Part shown: piece by piece, positions 36,371 to 46,082 of the stretch
Position numbering within the stretch: position 1 is the stretch's first letter
How the letters are laid out: each line of letters opens with the position of its first letter
Assembly: GCA_015055905.1 (NCBI GenBank)
Contig: SVHI01000003.1
Coordinates: 12,942 to 76,941 of the forward strand
Length of the DNA stretch: 64,000 nt
Direction of reading: 5' to 3'
Source of the DNA: Clostridiales bacterium
GTDB taxonomy: Bacteria > Bacillota > Clostridia > Christensenellales > UBA1242
Position numbers and translations under genes: made by a program
Notes under the pieces: model-generated
Told to the model about the DNA's origin: nothing
Databases searched by the model: none
What the model saw: the letters and a program-made list of their open reading frames with translations, nothing else

Positions 36371-37456
36371 ATGGAAATGGTAGAACAAATTGAAAATTTG
36401 CTCATTGTTAATGATGAGCCAGAATTTAGTGTTAGCGATGATACAAAAGTGTCAGCTGAATTTTTTATTTTGTGTGAAGAAAATGCTCAAAATGAACTCA
36501 GCAAAGATGTGTTCGATTGCAAACTTTGCGGTATGTCAATTTTGAACTGGGTGGTTAGGTCTTGTCTTTCACAGCCAAAGGTTTTGAGAGTTGAGATTGG
36601 TGCAAATGCACTTGATGCAATTAGACCTTACATTAGCAGAGATGTTGACTACTCAGTCGTTTTGTATGGTAGCACACCGCTTCTTAACAGAACACATATT
36701 CAGGACCTTTTGGGATTCATTAGCAGAAAAGGGCTAAACGCTTGTAAACTCAAAAAAGGCTATGTTGTTAAAAACGACTTCCTTAGAGTTAACAATAAGA
36801 TTTTTTCGATTGATACCTATGATTTCTCATCAAATGACTTTTTTGAAGTAAAGTCTCACGATGACCTTGCTTATGCGAGAGAAATTTTGAGTGAGAAAAT
36901 TATGTCATACCATAGAAAAAATGGTGTGTATTTTGAAAATGAAAAGAACCTTTCAATTGACGCAAACACCGATATTGGTTTTGCGTGCGAAATTTTTAGT
37001 AATGCAACTATTGCAAACGGAACAAAGATGGGTGAACATACCCTTGTTGGAAAAAATGCAACAATTTATGGTTCAAATATTGGAAACAATGTTAAACTTG
37101 GTGTTCAAACCACTGTTATCAACAGTATTATCAAAGACGGAGCGCTCATTGAAAATGGTGCATATGTAATCAACTCTGTTATTGGCGAAAATAGCAGGGT
37201 GGGTTGGTCTTCAAAGATTGTTGAATCAAGCGTTAAAGATAATACAGTTATTGAAAGATTGGTTCTTGCTGATAACGCGAGAATTGGCGAGAAATGTGTG
37301 ATTCGCAAAAATTGTGAACTTGTTGGAATCAAAAACAAGGTTGTTATTGGAAATGGAACCGAGATTGGTGCAAAGTCAAACATTATTGATAGCACCGTTG
37401 GCGCAAATAACAATATTCCACCAGTTACTATGATAAAGGGTAAGGTGGCTAAATAA
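36371..37456 (+). CDS. GlmU-like protein (nucleotidyltransferase-like N-domain plus LbH) with degenerate active-site motifs
   Basis: It occupies the gcaD/glmU synteny slot before pth-mfd. YGSTPLL parallels YGDVPLI, but LAAGKGTRM is replaced by LCEENAQNEL. The C-terminus has hexapeptide repeats but no NYDG segment. Confidence 0.55.
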   Translation: MEMVEQIENLLIVNDEPEFSVSDDTKVSAEFFILCEENAQNELSKDVFDCKLCGMSILNWVVRSCLSQPKVLRVEIGANALDAIRPYISRDVDYSVVLYGSTPLLNRTHIQDLLGFISRKGLNACKLKKGYVVKNDFLRVNNKIFSIDTYDFSSNDFFEVKSHDDLAYAREILSEKIMSYHRKNGVYFENEKNLSIDANTDIGFACEIFSNATIANGTKMGEHTLVGKNATIYGSNIGNNVKLGVQTTVINSIIKDGALIENGAYVINSVIGENSRVGWSSKIVESSVKDNTVIERLVLADNARIGEKCVIRKNCELVGIKNKVVIGNGTEIGAKSNIIDSTVGANNNIPPVTMIKGKVAK

Positions 37457-38013
37457 TGAAACTTATTGTTGGACTTGGAAATATTGGCAGTGAATATGAA
37501 AAGACAAACCATAATGCAGGATTTATGGTTGTTGATAGGCTTGCTGAAGAATGTGGTTTCACTTTTAAAAACAGAGGCTGTGAAAGCGATTATGCAGAAC
37601 TAAGAAACACAACCGACAAGTTTATTGTTGCAAAGCCAAGAACTTATATGAACGAAAGTGGAAAGGCAGTAAAGAGCCTTATGAAAAAATTTAACATTGA
37701 CATTCACGATGTTGTTGTGATTTGTGATGATATTGACCAAGAACCTGGCAAGGTTAGGCTTAGAAAGGCTGGTTCTGCTGGCACTCATAATGGGCTTAAA
37801 AGCATTATTGCAGAAACTGGTTCACAAGAATTTAATAGGCTTAGGGTTGGCATTGGCAGACAAGCAGAGCATCAAGACCTTGCAAACTTTGTTTTGTCGA
37901 GAATGAAAAACACTGATGAGCAAAAGAGGGGGCTAGAAAAAGCATTTGAGGCAATACTTGATTATGTTAATGGCGAAACCGTTGACAGAATTATGACAAA
38001 ATATAACGGATAG
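37456..38013 (+). CDS. pth: Peptidyl-tRNA hydrolase
   Basis: MKLIVGLGNIGSEYEKTNHNAGF and GTHNGLKSI motifs. Confidence 0.95.
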   Translation: MKLIVGLGNIGSEYEKTNHNAGFMVVDRLAEECGFTFKNRGCESDYAELRNTTDKFIVAKPRTYMNESGKAVKSLMKKFNIDIHDVVVICDDIDQEPGKVRLRKAGSAGTHNGLKSIIAETGSQEFNRLRVGIGRQAEHQDLANFVLSRMKNTDEQKRGLEKAFEAILDYVNGETVDRIMTKYNG

Positions 38014-38018
38014 TTATT

Positions 38019-41000
38019 ATGAAAACTTGCGAGATTTTAGATTTTGAAAACTTAAGTCCAAATTTTGGACAAATGATTAAAGAAATTAGAGCCGGAAATT
38101 CCTGCTCTATTTTTGGTATACAAAATTCTATGAGACCTGCAATTTGTGCGGGACTTAAACAAAAGTTTGTTTTTGTTGTGGCTGACGGAATGACTGGTGC
38201 AAACGCGGTTTCTTGCTTTGAGATGATGGGGCTTAAAACCGTTTATTTTCCAGCGGTTCAGGATAGTTTTTTATTTAAAAGAGCACAATCAAATGAGTTT
38301 TATGTTGAAAGGACTCTTGCTCTTTTTAGAATTTTGAATAGAGACTTTGATGTGGTTGTTGTTCCAGCAAGTGCGCTCTATTCATTTTTGCCATCGGTTG
38401 AAGATTTTAAGAAAAACACATTGAAACTTTCGGTGAATCAAAATATCACTATTGAAACACTAGAGAGACTATTGGTTCAAGCGGGTTACAAAAGGGAAGA
38501 AATGATTTCGGAAGCGGGACAATTTTCAAGACGCGGCGAAATTGTTGATGTGTTTCCACTTGGCGAAAAGAACCCATTTAGGATTGATTTTTTTGACACG
38601 GTTATTGAGACTATCAAAATTTTTGACGTGGCTCAACAAAAGGGAACAAAGCCAGTTGATGAAATCAAGATTTGTCCATTTAGTGATTTATTTTTAACTG
38701 ATGAAGAAATTGACCATTTAAAACATCAAGTGACAAAATTAAAAAAGCCTGCGGCTGAAAACGGAAGTGAAGAGTCAATATTTAATAATGCGATTGATGA
38801 TATTATTTCTAGGCTTGAACTTAAAGACAGAAGTTATTCAATGGACTCGCTCGCGCCATATTTAGATGATTTTAGGTCATCAATTTTTGATTATTTAAAC
38901 GCAGGAACAAAGAATTATTTTGTTGTTATTGATGAATGTAAACAAGTTTATGATGCAATGGAATCATTCTCGAAAGAAACAAGTGAAAGAGTTAAAAACT
39001 TGAGAACTTCAGGAACTCTTATTGCTGGAAATAATGAGTGTTTTTTCCAAACAAAAGACATTCTTTCAAACTTTGAAAACAATGTTTGTTTGGCGTTTTT
39101 GAAAATCACAAACTCAAACAGATTTTTTAAATCTAAGGCTGTGTTTAATTTTAAAACACAACCAGTTCATAGATACACTCACAATCTCAAAGACTTGGTT
39201 TTAGATGTTAGAAACTATTTGGTTTCGGGAAGCAGAGTGTTTATTTTTGCGGGCGAAAAAGAACAGGCAGACTCGATTTCAAGACTGCTTGCGTCTCACG
39301 ATATTGAATTAGAAAAAAACAACAATGTTGTTATTTCTGGTGGAAAGTCTGCGATTTTAGAAAAAGGCTATAACTCAGGGTTTGTTTTGCCTGAAGAAAA
39401 GGTTGTTGTTCTTGGAACTTATGACCTTTTTGCAAAGAAAAGACAAGACGGAAAATTGTCGGCAACCAAGTCGAATGTTTTTAGTGTGCCAAAAGTGGGG
39501 GACTATGTTGTTCACCAAGTTCACGGCATTGGTGTTTGTGAGGGTGTAACGCAACTCACTGGAAACCTTGGAACAAAAGACTATGTGGTTATCAGGTATC
39601 GTGATAATGACAAACTCTACATTCCAACAACCCAGATGGATATGCTTGAAAAGTTCACTGGTGCAGATGTTCCAAAGAAACTCAGCAAGATTGGTGGTCA
39701 AGACTTTTCTGCGGTTAAGGCAAAGGTTAAAGAGTCGGTTAAAAAACTGGCGTTTAATTTGATTGAACTCTATGCAAAGCGTGAGAGCATAAAAGGTTTT
39801 GCATTCTCTGAAGATAATGATTTGCAGCGAGAGTTTGAAAACTCGTTCCCATACACAGAAACTGAAGACCAACTTATTTCGATTGAAGAAATTAAGCAAG
39901 ATATGGAAAAACCAAAAGTTATGGACAGGCTTGTTTGTGGTGATGTTGGTTTTGGTAAGACTGAAGTTGCACTTCGTGCAATGTTTAAGGCGATAATGGA
40001 CGGGAAACAAGTTGCGTTTATTGCGCCAACAACAATTTTATCTGAACAACACTACAACACTGCAAGGGCGAGAATGTATAATTTTGGAATCAATATTGAG
40101 GTTCTAAATAGGTTTAAAACCAAATCTCAAACTGACAAGATTTTGGCTGGTGTTGCCACTGGCGAAGTTGACCTTTTGTGCGGAACTCACAGAATTTTGA
40201 GCGATGATGTGTGTTTTAAAAGCTTGGGACTTATTGTGCTTGATGAAGAACAAAAATTTGGTGTTGAAGACAAAGAGAAACTTAAGGTGAAATATCCAAA
40301 TGCTGACGTTTTAACGCTTTCAGCAACACCTATTCCAAGGACGCTTAATATGTCGCTTACGGGAATTCGTGATATTAGCATTATTTCAACTCCACCAAGC
40401 GAGAGACTTGCGATTCAAACCTATGTTGCGGAATATAGCGAGACAATGGTTAAGGACGCAATCAACAGAGAACTTGCAAGAGATGGTCAGGTGTTTATTC
40501 TTTTTAACAGCGTTGAAAAGATTTATACCTATGCTGAAAAGGTTAGAAGACTTGTTCCAGATGCTAGAATTTTGGTTGCTCACGGTCAAATGGGTGCAAA
40601 GGAAATGGAAAGGGTTATTTATGACTTTTATCATAGGCAAGGTGACATTTTGATTTGCACAACCATTATTGAAAATGGCGTTGATATTGAAAACGCAAAC
40701 ACGCTTATTGTTTGTGATGCAGACAAACTTGGACTTTCGCAACTCTATCAAATTAGGGGTCGTGTTGGAAGAGGTTCAAGGCTTGCTTATGCATACTTTA
40801 CCTATGAGGGTGGAAAGGTGCTTGGAGACGAGGCTTACAAGAGGCTTGATGCAATGAGCGAGTTCTGTGAGTTTGGTAGCGGATTTAAACTTGCTATGAG
40901 AGACTTAGAGATTCGCGGTGGCGGAAATGTTTTGGGTGCAGAGCAAAGCGGACACTTGCAAAAGGTTGGTTTTGATATGTATTCAAAACTTCTAAGCGAG

Positions 41001-41516
41001 GCGGTCAAAGAACTTCGCGGTGAAAAAGTTGAAAAACTCAATGACGTTTTGGTTAAAATTGCAATCGATGCGTATATTCCTGAAGAATATATTGCAACAA
41101 GCGAAGAGCGAATGATTGCTTACAAGAGAATTTCGTCGCTTATGGGCTTGGAAGAATGTGAAAAACTTAAAGTTGAACTCGTTTCAAACTATGGACCGAT
41201 TCCAAATGCGGTTCTGTCACTTATGGAAATCGCGCTTGTTAGAAAAATGGCTCAGGCGTTTGGTGCGGTTGAAATCTCTTCAATCGGGGCAGAGGTGAGT
41301 ATTATTTTTGACGATAAGGAAAAAATTACTGAGAGCGAAATTTTGGGCGAGGCGATTTATAAGTTTAGAATGAACTGCAAATTAGATATGTCTTCAAGAC
41401 CGATGATTACATTCTCAGGTGCTAGACTTTGCAGAGAAAATTTTGAGGAAATGAAGAAATTCTTGCTCATCGCAATGAAAATTAAGGCTAAAAATGAAGA
41501 AAATCTCAAAAAGTAG
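38019..41516 (+). CDS. mfd: Transcription-repair coupling factor
   Basis: 1165 aa with a UvrB-like N-terminus, an RNAP-interaction domain, SF2 translocase motifs (GDVGFGKTEVA, VLDEEQKFG) and TRG/CarD-like regions. Confidence 0.95.
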   Translation: MKTCEILDFENLSPNFGQMIKEIRAGNSCSIFGIQNSMRPAICAGLKQKFVFVVADGMTGANAVSCFEMMGLKTVYFPAVQDSFLFKRAQSNEFYVERTLALFRILNRDFDVVVVPASALYSFLPSVEDFKKNTLKLSVNQNITIETLERLLVQAGYKREEMISEAGQFSRRGEIVDVFPLGEKNPFRIDFFDTVIETIKIFDVAQQKGTKPVDEIKICPFSDLFLTDEEIDHLKHQVTKLKKPAAENGSEESIFNNAIDDIISRLELKDRSYSMDSLAPYLDDFRSSIFDYLNAGTKNYFVVIDECKQVYDAMESFSKETSERVKNLRTSGTLIAGNNECFFQTKDILSNFENNVCLAFLKITNSNRFFKSKAVFNFKTQPVHRYTHNLKDLVLDVRNYLVSGSRVFIFAGEKEQADSISRLLASHDIELEKNNNVVISGGKSAILEKGYNSGFVLPEEKVVVLGTYDLFAKKRQDGKLSATKSNVFSVPKVGDYVVHQVHGIGVCEGVTQLTGNLGTKDYVVIRYRDNDKLYIPTTQMDMLEKFTGADVPKKLSKIGGQDFSAVKAKVKESVKKLAFNLIELYAKRESIKGFAFSEDNDLQREFENSFPYTETEDQLISIEEIKQDMEKPKVMDRLVCGDVGFGKTEVALRAMFKAIMDGKQVAFIAPTTILSEQHYNTARARMYNFGINIEVLNRFKTKSQTDKILAGVATGEVDLLCGTHRILSDDVCFKSLGLIVLDEEQKFGVEDKEKLKVKYPNADVLTLSATPIPRTLNMSLTGIRDISIISTPPSERLAIQTYVAEYSETMVKDAINRELARDGQVFILFNSVEKIYTYAEKVRRLVPDARILVAHGQMGAKEMERVIYDFYHRQGDILICTTIIENGVDIENANTLIVCDADKLGLSQLYQIRGRVGRGSRLAYAYFTYEGGKVLGDEAYKRLDAMSEFCEFGSGFKLAMRDLEIRGGGNVLGAEQSGHLQKVGFDMYSKLLSEAVKELRGEKVEKLNDVLVKIAIDAYIPEEYIATSEERMIAYKRISSLMGLEECEKLKVELVSNYGPIPNAVLSLMEIALVRKMAQAFGAVEISSIGAEVSIIFDDKEKITESEILGEAIYKFRMNCKLDMSSRPMITFSGARLCRENFEEMKKFLLIAMKIKAKNEENLKK

Positions 41517-41548
41517 ACGCTTTTGACAAAGTTTATTTCATAAAAGGG

Positions 41549-41577
41549 TTGATTTTTTGATATGAAATAATTATAAT
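41549..41577 (+). promoter_or_regulatory. Sigma-70-type promoter
   Basis: TTGATT-17-TATAAT. Confidence 0.55.
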
Positions 41578-41616
41578 TTGCTAGTGAAATGATATTTATG
41601 CTCGGAGGATTATATT

Positions 41617-43884
41617 TTGAAAAAGAAAATTTTTAGTTTGTTTTTGGGACTCTGCCTCATTTTTAGTGGGTTATTCTCATTCTCAGGCTGCTCACTCGTG
41701 AAAGAAGACAAAAACAAAATCAATAGCAATGTCGTTATGAAGATTGGTGACACAGAGCTTACAAAAAATGATATTATCAATGCTTTTTACACATATTACC
41801 AAAACAACAGTTCATACTTTTCATATTATGACAATGAAGTAATTGAACAATCTTTCTATACTTGGCTTACAGTTAAGACCCTTGTTGAAGATATGTCTAT
41901 CAACGTTTTGTATGACGCTGAAACAAACCCAAATGGCTACATCTATTACACTACCGATGATGCTGAAACAGTTTGGGAATCTATCGAGGATTATTTCTAC
42001 AACCAAATTAGTTCTTATGAAAAAGCACTTTACACACAAGATGGTTATGAAGAAACAGATATGCCAATTTGGCTTCAAACAGAAGAAGCTGAAGAAGACG
42101 CTAGTTCATTCAAAGAATATTCATCTGCTGCTGGCGAAGTTGTTTTAGAAAACAGAAAAGAGAAGGTTGCTTTGAAACTTACTGACAATGAAGTTTATTC
42201 AAAGATTGCTGCTCTTGAACAAAGAATGTTTAAATATGTTTCAGAAACAAATGAAGATGGTGAAGAAACACTTGGAAACATCAGCGATGTTGAAAAAGAC
42301 TATGTTGATGGCAGAAGAAACCAAGCATACACTAACTATATGCAAACTCTTGTTTTGAACGCTAAGGCAAACGGAAATTCAACAAAAGAAGAAGATGTTT
42401 TAAAAGCAGAAGTTTTGCGTATTTATAACGCTTACTATGAATCACAAATCAGTGTAATCTTCCAAAATTACTATACACAAGAATATTTGCTTAACTATCA
42501 AGGTAGAGGTGACTCAACAACCCTTAATGACACCGCAGTAGTTAAAGAATTCTTGAAACAACACAAAATTGACAAACAAACTTATCAAATTGAAGACGAC
42601 TATGTTAAAGTAATGACCGATACAGAAAAAGGCGCAAGCTTACTTATGTATCACTATGCTGGAAAGAACTATTACTTCACAGTTCAACACATCTTGCTTA
42701 AGTTTACAAGTTATATTGAAGAACAAGTTAAAGAACTTTATGGTTACTCAGCATCTGGAGACTTAGATGCTTCAATCAGTGGACCATATATCACTGAAAG
42801 AAACAAAATTGCAACAGACCACGAACTTTCAATGCTCACTGCTGTTAACGAAGACAATTTAAAAGATTCAATCGTTGCAATCGGTGACTATTATTACTAC
42901 GACGAAACAAAAGAAGAAATTTACGAGCCTGCAAACAATATTTTCAATGGATATGTTAAGGTGGCTAAACATCACTACAACGAATCAACAGGTGAGTTGA
43001 CATATAAAGCAGTTGCTGCTATTGGAGACATCGAAGTTGATGAAGTTGTGACAAAAGAACAACTTGAAGAGGCTTATGAAGATAAAGAAATTAAGCACTT
43101 AGCAAATGTTGAAAATGTTAAAGATGCTTATGATTACTCATTCAAACTTTGGTTTAAAGAAGCTTCTGCAATTTATACTGACCCAACAAAACTTGCTGAT
43201 GTGACAGGTGAAAATGCAACAGATTTGCAAAAAGACCTTGAATACATCTACAAAGTTGCTGCAAATATGAAAGAAACTGAATCAACTGAAGCTGAACTTA
43301 AAGCAAAACTTGCTTCACTTCTTTTCATTGAACTTGAATGGATTTATTCATCAGATTCACTTGGAAACGAAATGTCAAACAAACTTGGTTATGTCATTGC
43401 AAGTCACCCAGATGACAATGGTTCTTGGGTTCACGACTTTGCTGACGGCGCAAGAGCGTTGCTTTCTTCATTATCAGAACAAGACATTGCTGATGCTTTG
43501 TCAACAGGTTTTGTTTCTGAACTTACAAGCACTGTTACAACAAACTATGGTTTCCATATTTTGAAAATCGAAGATGTTTATAACACAAACACAATCGTTG
43601 ATTTAGAAAACGTTGTGGCTGATTATGACACATCTGCAAATTCAGCATATATTCAAGAGGTTGCAAAACTTTTGAAAAAGAACTATGTTTGCAATGGTTC
43701 AAACCAAACAGTTTATGACTATTTCTATGATAGTTTGTATACAACACTCGTTGGTAATTCACAAACTTCAGGAACATATTTCTTGTCACTTGAATATCAA
43801 TGGCTTCATAATTTGAACGAACAAAACAAAGTTGAAATTGTTGAAAAAATTGATTATGACACATTGCTTGCATCGCTTTCATAA
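41617..43884 (+). CDS. Large lipoprotein with a parvulin-type PPIase domain (PrsA/SurA-like foldase)
   Basis: TTG start after a GGAGG SD, and lipobox SFSGC. The parvulin signatures FTVQHILLKF and NYGFHILKIEDV are separated by a long insertion. Confidence 0.6.
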   Translation: MKKKIFSLFLGLCLIFSGLFSFSGCSLVKEDKNKINSNVVMKIGDTELTKNDIINAFYTYYQNNSSYFSYYDNEVIEQSFYTWLTVKTLVEDMSINVLYDAETNPNGYIYYTTDDAETVWESIEDYFYNQISSYEKALYTQDGYEETDMPIWLQTEEAEEDASSFKEYSSAAGEVVLENRKEKVALKLTDNEVYSKIAALEQRMFKYVSETNEDGEETLGNISDVEKDYVDGRRNQAYTNYMQTLVLNAKANGNSTKEEDVLKAEVLRIYNAYYESQISVIFQNYYTQEYLLNYQGRGDSTTLNDTAVVKEFLKQHKIDKQTYQIEDDYVKVMTDTEKGASLLMYHYAGKNYYFTVQHILLKFTSYIEEQVKELYGYSASGDLDASISGPYITERNKIATDHELSMLTAVNEDNLKDSIVAIGDYYYYDETKEEIYEPANNIFNGYVKVAKHHYNESTGELTYKAVAAIGDIEVDEVVTKEQLEEAYEDKEIKHLANVENVKDAYDYSFKLWFKEASAIYTDPTKLADVTGENATDLQKDLEYIYKVAANMKETESTEAELKAKLASLLFIELEWIYSSDSLGNEMSNKLGYVIASHPDDNGSWVHDFADGARALLSSLSEQDIADALSTGFVSELTSTVTTNYGFHILKIEDVYNTNTIVDLENVVADYDTSANSAYIQEVAKLLKKNYVCNGSNQTVYDYFYDSLYTTLVGNSQTSGTYFLSLEYQWLHNLNEQNKVEIVEKIDYDTLLASLS

Positions 43885-43890
43885 ACTTAA

Positions 43891-43926
43891 AAGAGAAAAG
43901 TTATTTTGGCTTTTCTCTTTTTTTTC
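43891..43926 (+). terminator. Intrinsic terminator
   Basis: AAGAGAAAAG...CTTTTCTCTT followed by T6. Confidence 0.75.
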
Positions 43927-43955
43927 TTGTCAAATATTGTTTGAAAGTCTATAAT
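43927..43955 (+). promoter_or_regulatory. Promoter TTGTCA-17-TATAAT, with the -10 placed 6 nt before ATG 43962 (candidate leaderless)
   Basis: TATAAT-agcact-ATG, with no SD. Confidence 0.6.
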
Positions 43956-43961
43956 AGCACT

Positions 43962-45245
43962 ATGAAAAAACTGGAGACAGAAGAAACAAAAGAGGTTATT
44001 TTGACTGAAAAAGAGGAGAGCGAGGGCTCTCTTGTTTCTGCTGAAAAAAAGAAACCTAATTTTTTTGATGATTCTCCAAAAGATGTTGAAGTTTCTGAAG
44101 AACTTGCACAAAAAAAACTTGAGGAAGCAATTTCTACTCAAAAACCACAAAAAAAGAGAAAGAGCACAATAGTTAACATTATTTTGCTTTTAATCAACGT
44201 CCTTTTTATGATTTTTATTGTTAAAGGACTTGTTGCAAACATTGGAGACCAAACCCTTGGCGAATACATAAAACAGCAGGGCAGTAGGTTATGGTGGCTT
44301 GCTGGTGGTGTTGGTTGTTATATTGTTTATATTTGCGCGCAAATGTTGATGTTTCACGCGCTCATCAAAAAGACAACTGGAGAGTCTCGCTGGAAACTTT
44401 CATATAGTGTTGGTTTAACCGGCAAATATTATGACAACGTTACTCCATTTGCGGTTGGCGGACAACCTATGCAGATTGTTCTCTTGTCAAAGAGTGGAAT
44501 TTCACCAGGTGTTTCAACCAGTATTCCGCTTATAAAAATGCTCATCAACAGTATGGTTAGCACAATTATTGCTTTGCTATTCTTTATCTTTGGATTGCCA
44601 AGAATCCCTATGGTGGGGGGTCTTTATGACTTCTTGTTAGTTGTTTTAGAGGTTTTGGGCTTTATTGGGCTTGCAATAACACTTTTGGGTGTTTTGTTTA
44701 TGATTGTTATTTCGACGGGTGGTTTGTTTACTCGTTCGCTCGTGTCTGGAATTGTTAAGTTTGGATATAAAATCAAGCTTGTAAAAAACTTTAGAGCAAC
44801 ACTTAAAAAATGGCTTACTCAAGTTGAGGAATATCGTTCTTCAATGGGTTATTTGGCTAAAAACAAGTTATTGCTTTTGAAAATGATTTTGTTTAGCGCG
44901 TTAGAAACACTTTCTTATGCTTGCATATCATTCTTCGTTGTTATGGCGTTTGCAGATAGCATTGAAATTAGCCCAGCACTCTTGCTTTTGACCTGTGTTG
45001 TGAAATATTATATTTGCGCGATGGCTGGCTCATATATCCCGCTTCCTGGTGCTACTGGACTTATGGAAATTGCGTTTATTTCACTCTATAGTATGTATGT
45101 TGGTGATGCTATTGTTTGGGCACTTTTGTCTTGGAGAATATTATCATATTATTTGATTCTTATTCACGGGTTTGTTCACGAGGTTGTTTCAATTTCAAAA
45201 GGTATTGCCAAATCAAGAAAATTAAAGAAGAAAGGAGAAATTTAA
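43962..45245 (+). CDS. UPF0104/LPG-synthase-TM-like (flippase-like) membrane protein
   Basis: Charged N-terminus followed by about eight TM helices. The TPFAVGGQPMQIV motif is typical of the YbhN/MprF-TM family. Confidence 0.6.
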   Translation: MKKLETEETKEVILTEKEESEGSLVSAEKKKPNFFDDSPKDVEVSEELAQKKLEEAISTQKPQKKRKSTIVNIILLLINVLFMIFIVKGLVANIGDQTLGEYIKQQGSRLWWLAGGVGCYIVYICAQMLMFHALIKKTTGESRWKLSYSVGLTGKYYDNVTPFAVGGQPMQIVLLSKSGISPGVSTSIPLIKMLINSMVSTIIALLFFIFGLPRIPMVGGLYDFLLVVLEVLGFIGLAITLLGVLFMIVISTGGLFTRSLVSGIVKFGYKIKLVKNFRATLKKWLTQVEEYRSSMGYLAKNKLLLLKMILFSALETLSYACISFFVVMAFADSIEISPALLLLTCVVKYYICAMAGSYIPLPGATGLMEIAFISLYSMYVGDAIVWALLSWRILSYYLILIHGFVHEVVSISKGIAKSRKLKKKGEI

Positions 45246-45261
45246 AATTTCTCTTTTTTTT
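45235..45261 (+). terminator. Intrinsic terminator overlapping the stop codon
   Basis: GAGAAATTT/AAATTTCTC stem followed by T8. Confidence 0.55.
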
Positions 45262-45311
45262 GTATAAAACTAAAAATTTGTGTTCATTATTTTAGTAATT
45301 AAGGGGGATTT

Positions 45312-45992
45312 ATGAGAACTTTTTTACTAAAAGCGAAACATTTTTTTAAGAGGAATATTTATCCTATTACAGTCAGTGTTTGCACGGTGCTAGTGCTTGG
45401 AATTGTCACTATTTCGGCATACTCATCAATAAAGAATAGTGAGGGCAATGAAATTGTTGTTGAAACGGTGAAAAATGACGAACAAAAAGAGCCTGGCGGG
45501 GAGGTTGAAAACACTGGGCAGGGTAATGACGAAAACAAAGAAGATGAGGTTGTAAAACCAACAGTTTCAGCAGACCCGATTATTTTTGGGTTGCCATTTG
45601 ATGGAGCAGTGGTGTCAAAAGAGTATACAGACTTGTCGCTTTTGTATGACGCAACAACAAAACTTTGGTGCACACATCAAGGACTTGATTTTGCCTGTGA
45701 AAATGGCAAAAAAGTAGTTGCTGTTTTTGGCGGGAAAATTGAAAAAATCGAGAATTCAATGATGAATGGAACGGTTATACATTTGAAAATAAACAATGAA
45801 TTAACAGTGGTTTATAAGGGGCTTTCTTCTAATGTTTCGGTTAAGGAGGGTGACACTGTCACAAAGGGTCAGGTGCTTGGAACGATTACTAGTTTTTTAG
45901 CGGAAAAGGCTGATGGAATTCACTTGCATTTAGAACTTGTTAAGTCTGGAAAACTCATTGACCCAACAAATTATTTTTCTTTTAACAAATAA
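45312..45992 (+). CDS. M23 family metallopeptidase (membrane-anchored)
   Basis: HQGLDFA ... GIHLHLEL motifs (HxxxD / HxH) and an N-terminal TM helix. Confidence 0.85.
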   Translation: MRTFLLKAKHFFKRNIYPITVSVCTVLVLGIVTISAYSSIKNSEGNEIVVETVKNDEQKEPGGEVENTGQGNDENKEDEVVKPTVSADPIIFGLPFDGAVVSKEYTDLSLLYDATTKLWCTHQGLDFACENGKKVVAVFGGKIEKIENSMMNGTVIHLKINNELTVVYKGLSSNVSVKEGDTVTKGQVLGTITSFLAEKADGIHLHLELVKSGKLIDPTNYFSFNK

Positions 45993-46082
45993 AAGGTGCA
46001 AGCCTTTTATTTTTGTTTGCTTTTTGTTTTATTTATTAATATAATAATGATGTATAGTTATATAGTTGTGAGGTTTTTATTT

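Noticed and set aside
39375-40010. Long antisense or alternate-frame ORFs inside conserved genes, for example 211 aa antisense in mfd, 172 aa antisense at 19862-20380, 177 aa at 46708-47241 inside pyk, and several within 2129-3557
   Set aside because: They are embedded in genes with strong homology on the other frame or strand. Their products are low-complexity or hydrophobic-junk-like, and they lack SD sequences. Such ORFs are expected by chance in AT-rich DNA where the antisense of coding sequence is stop-poor.
45996-46082. Upstream extensions of track ORFs: pyk 45996, MBL 30766, UPF0104 43941, hypothetical 22089, lipoprotein 19631, GNAT 3869, M14 34967, DUF378 58783, 52766 and 58013
   Set aside because: In each case an internal ATG with a proper SD, or a -10 box at leaderless spacing, coincides with the start of homology or of the signal peptide. 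The extensions cover promoters, terminators or the preceding gene.
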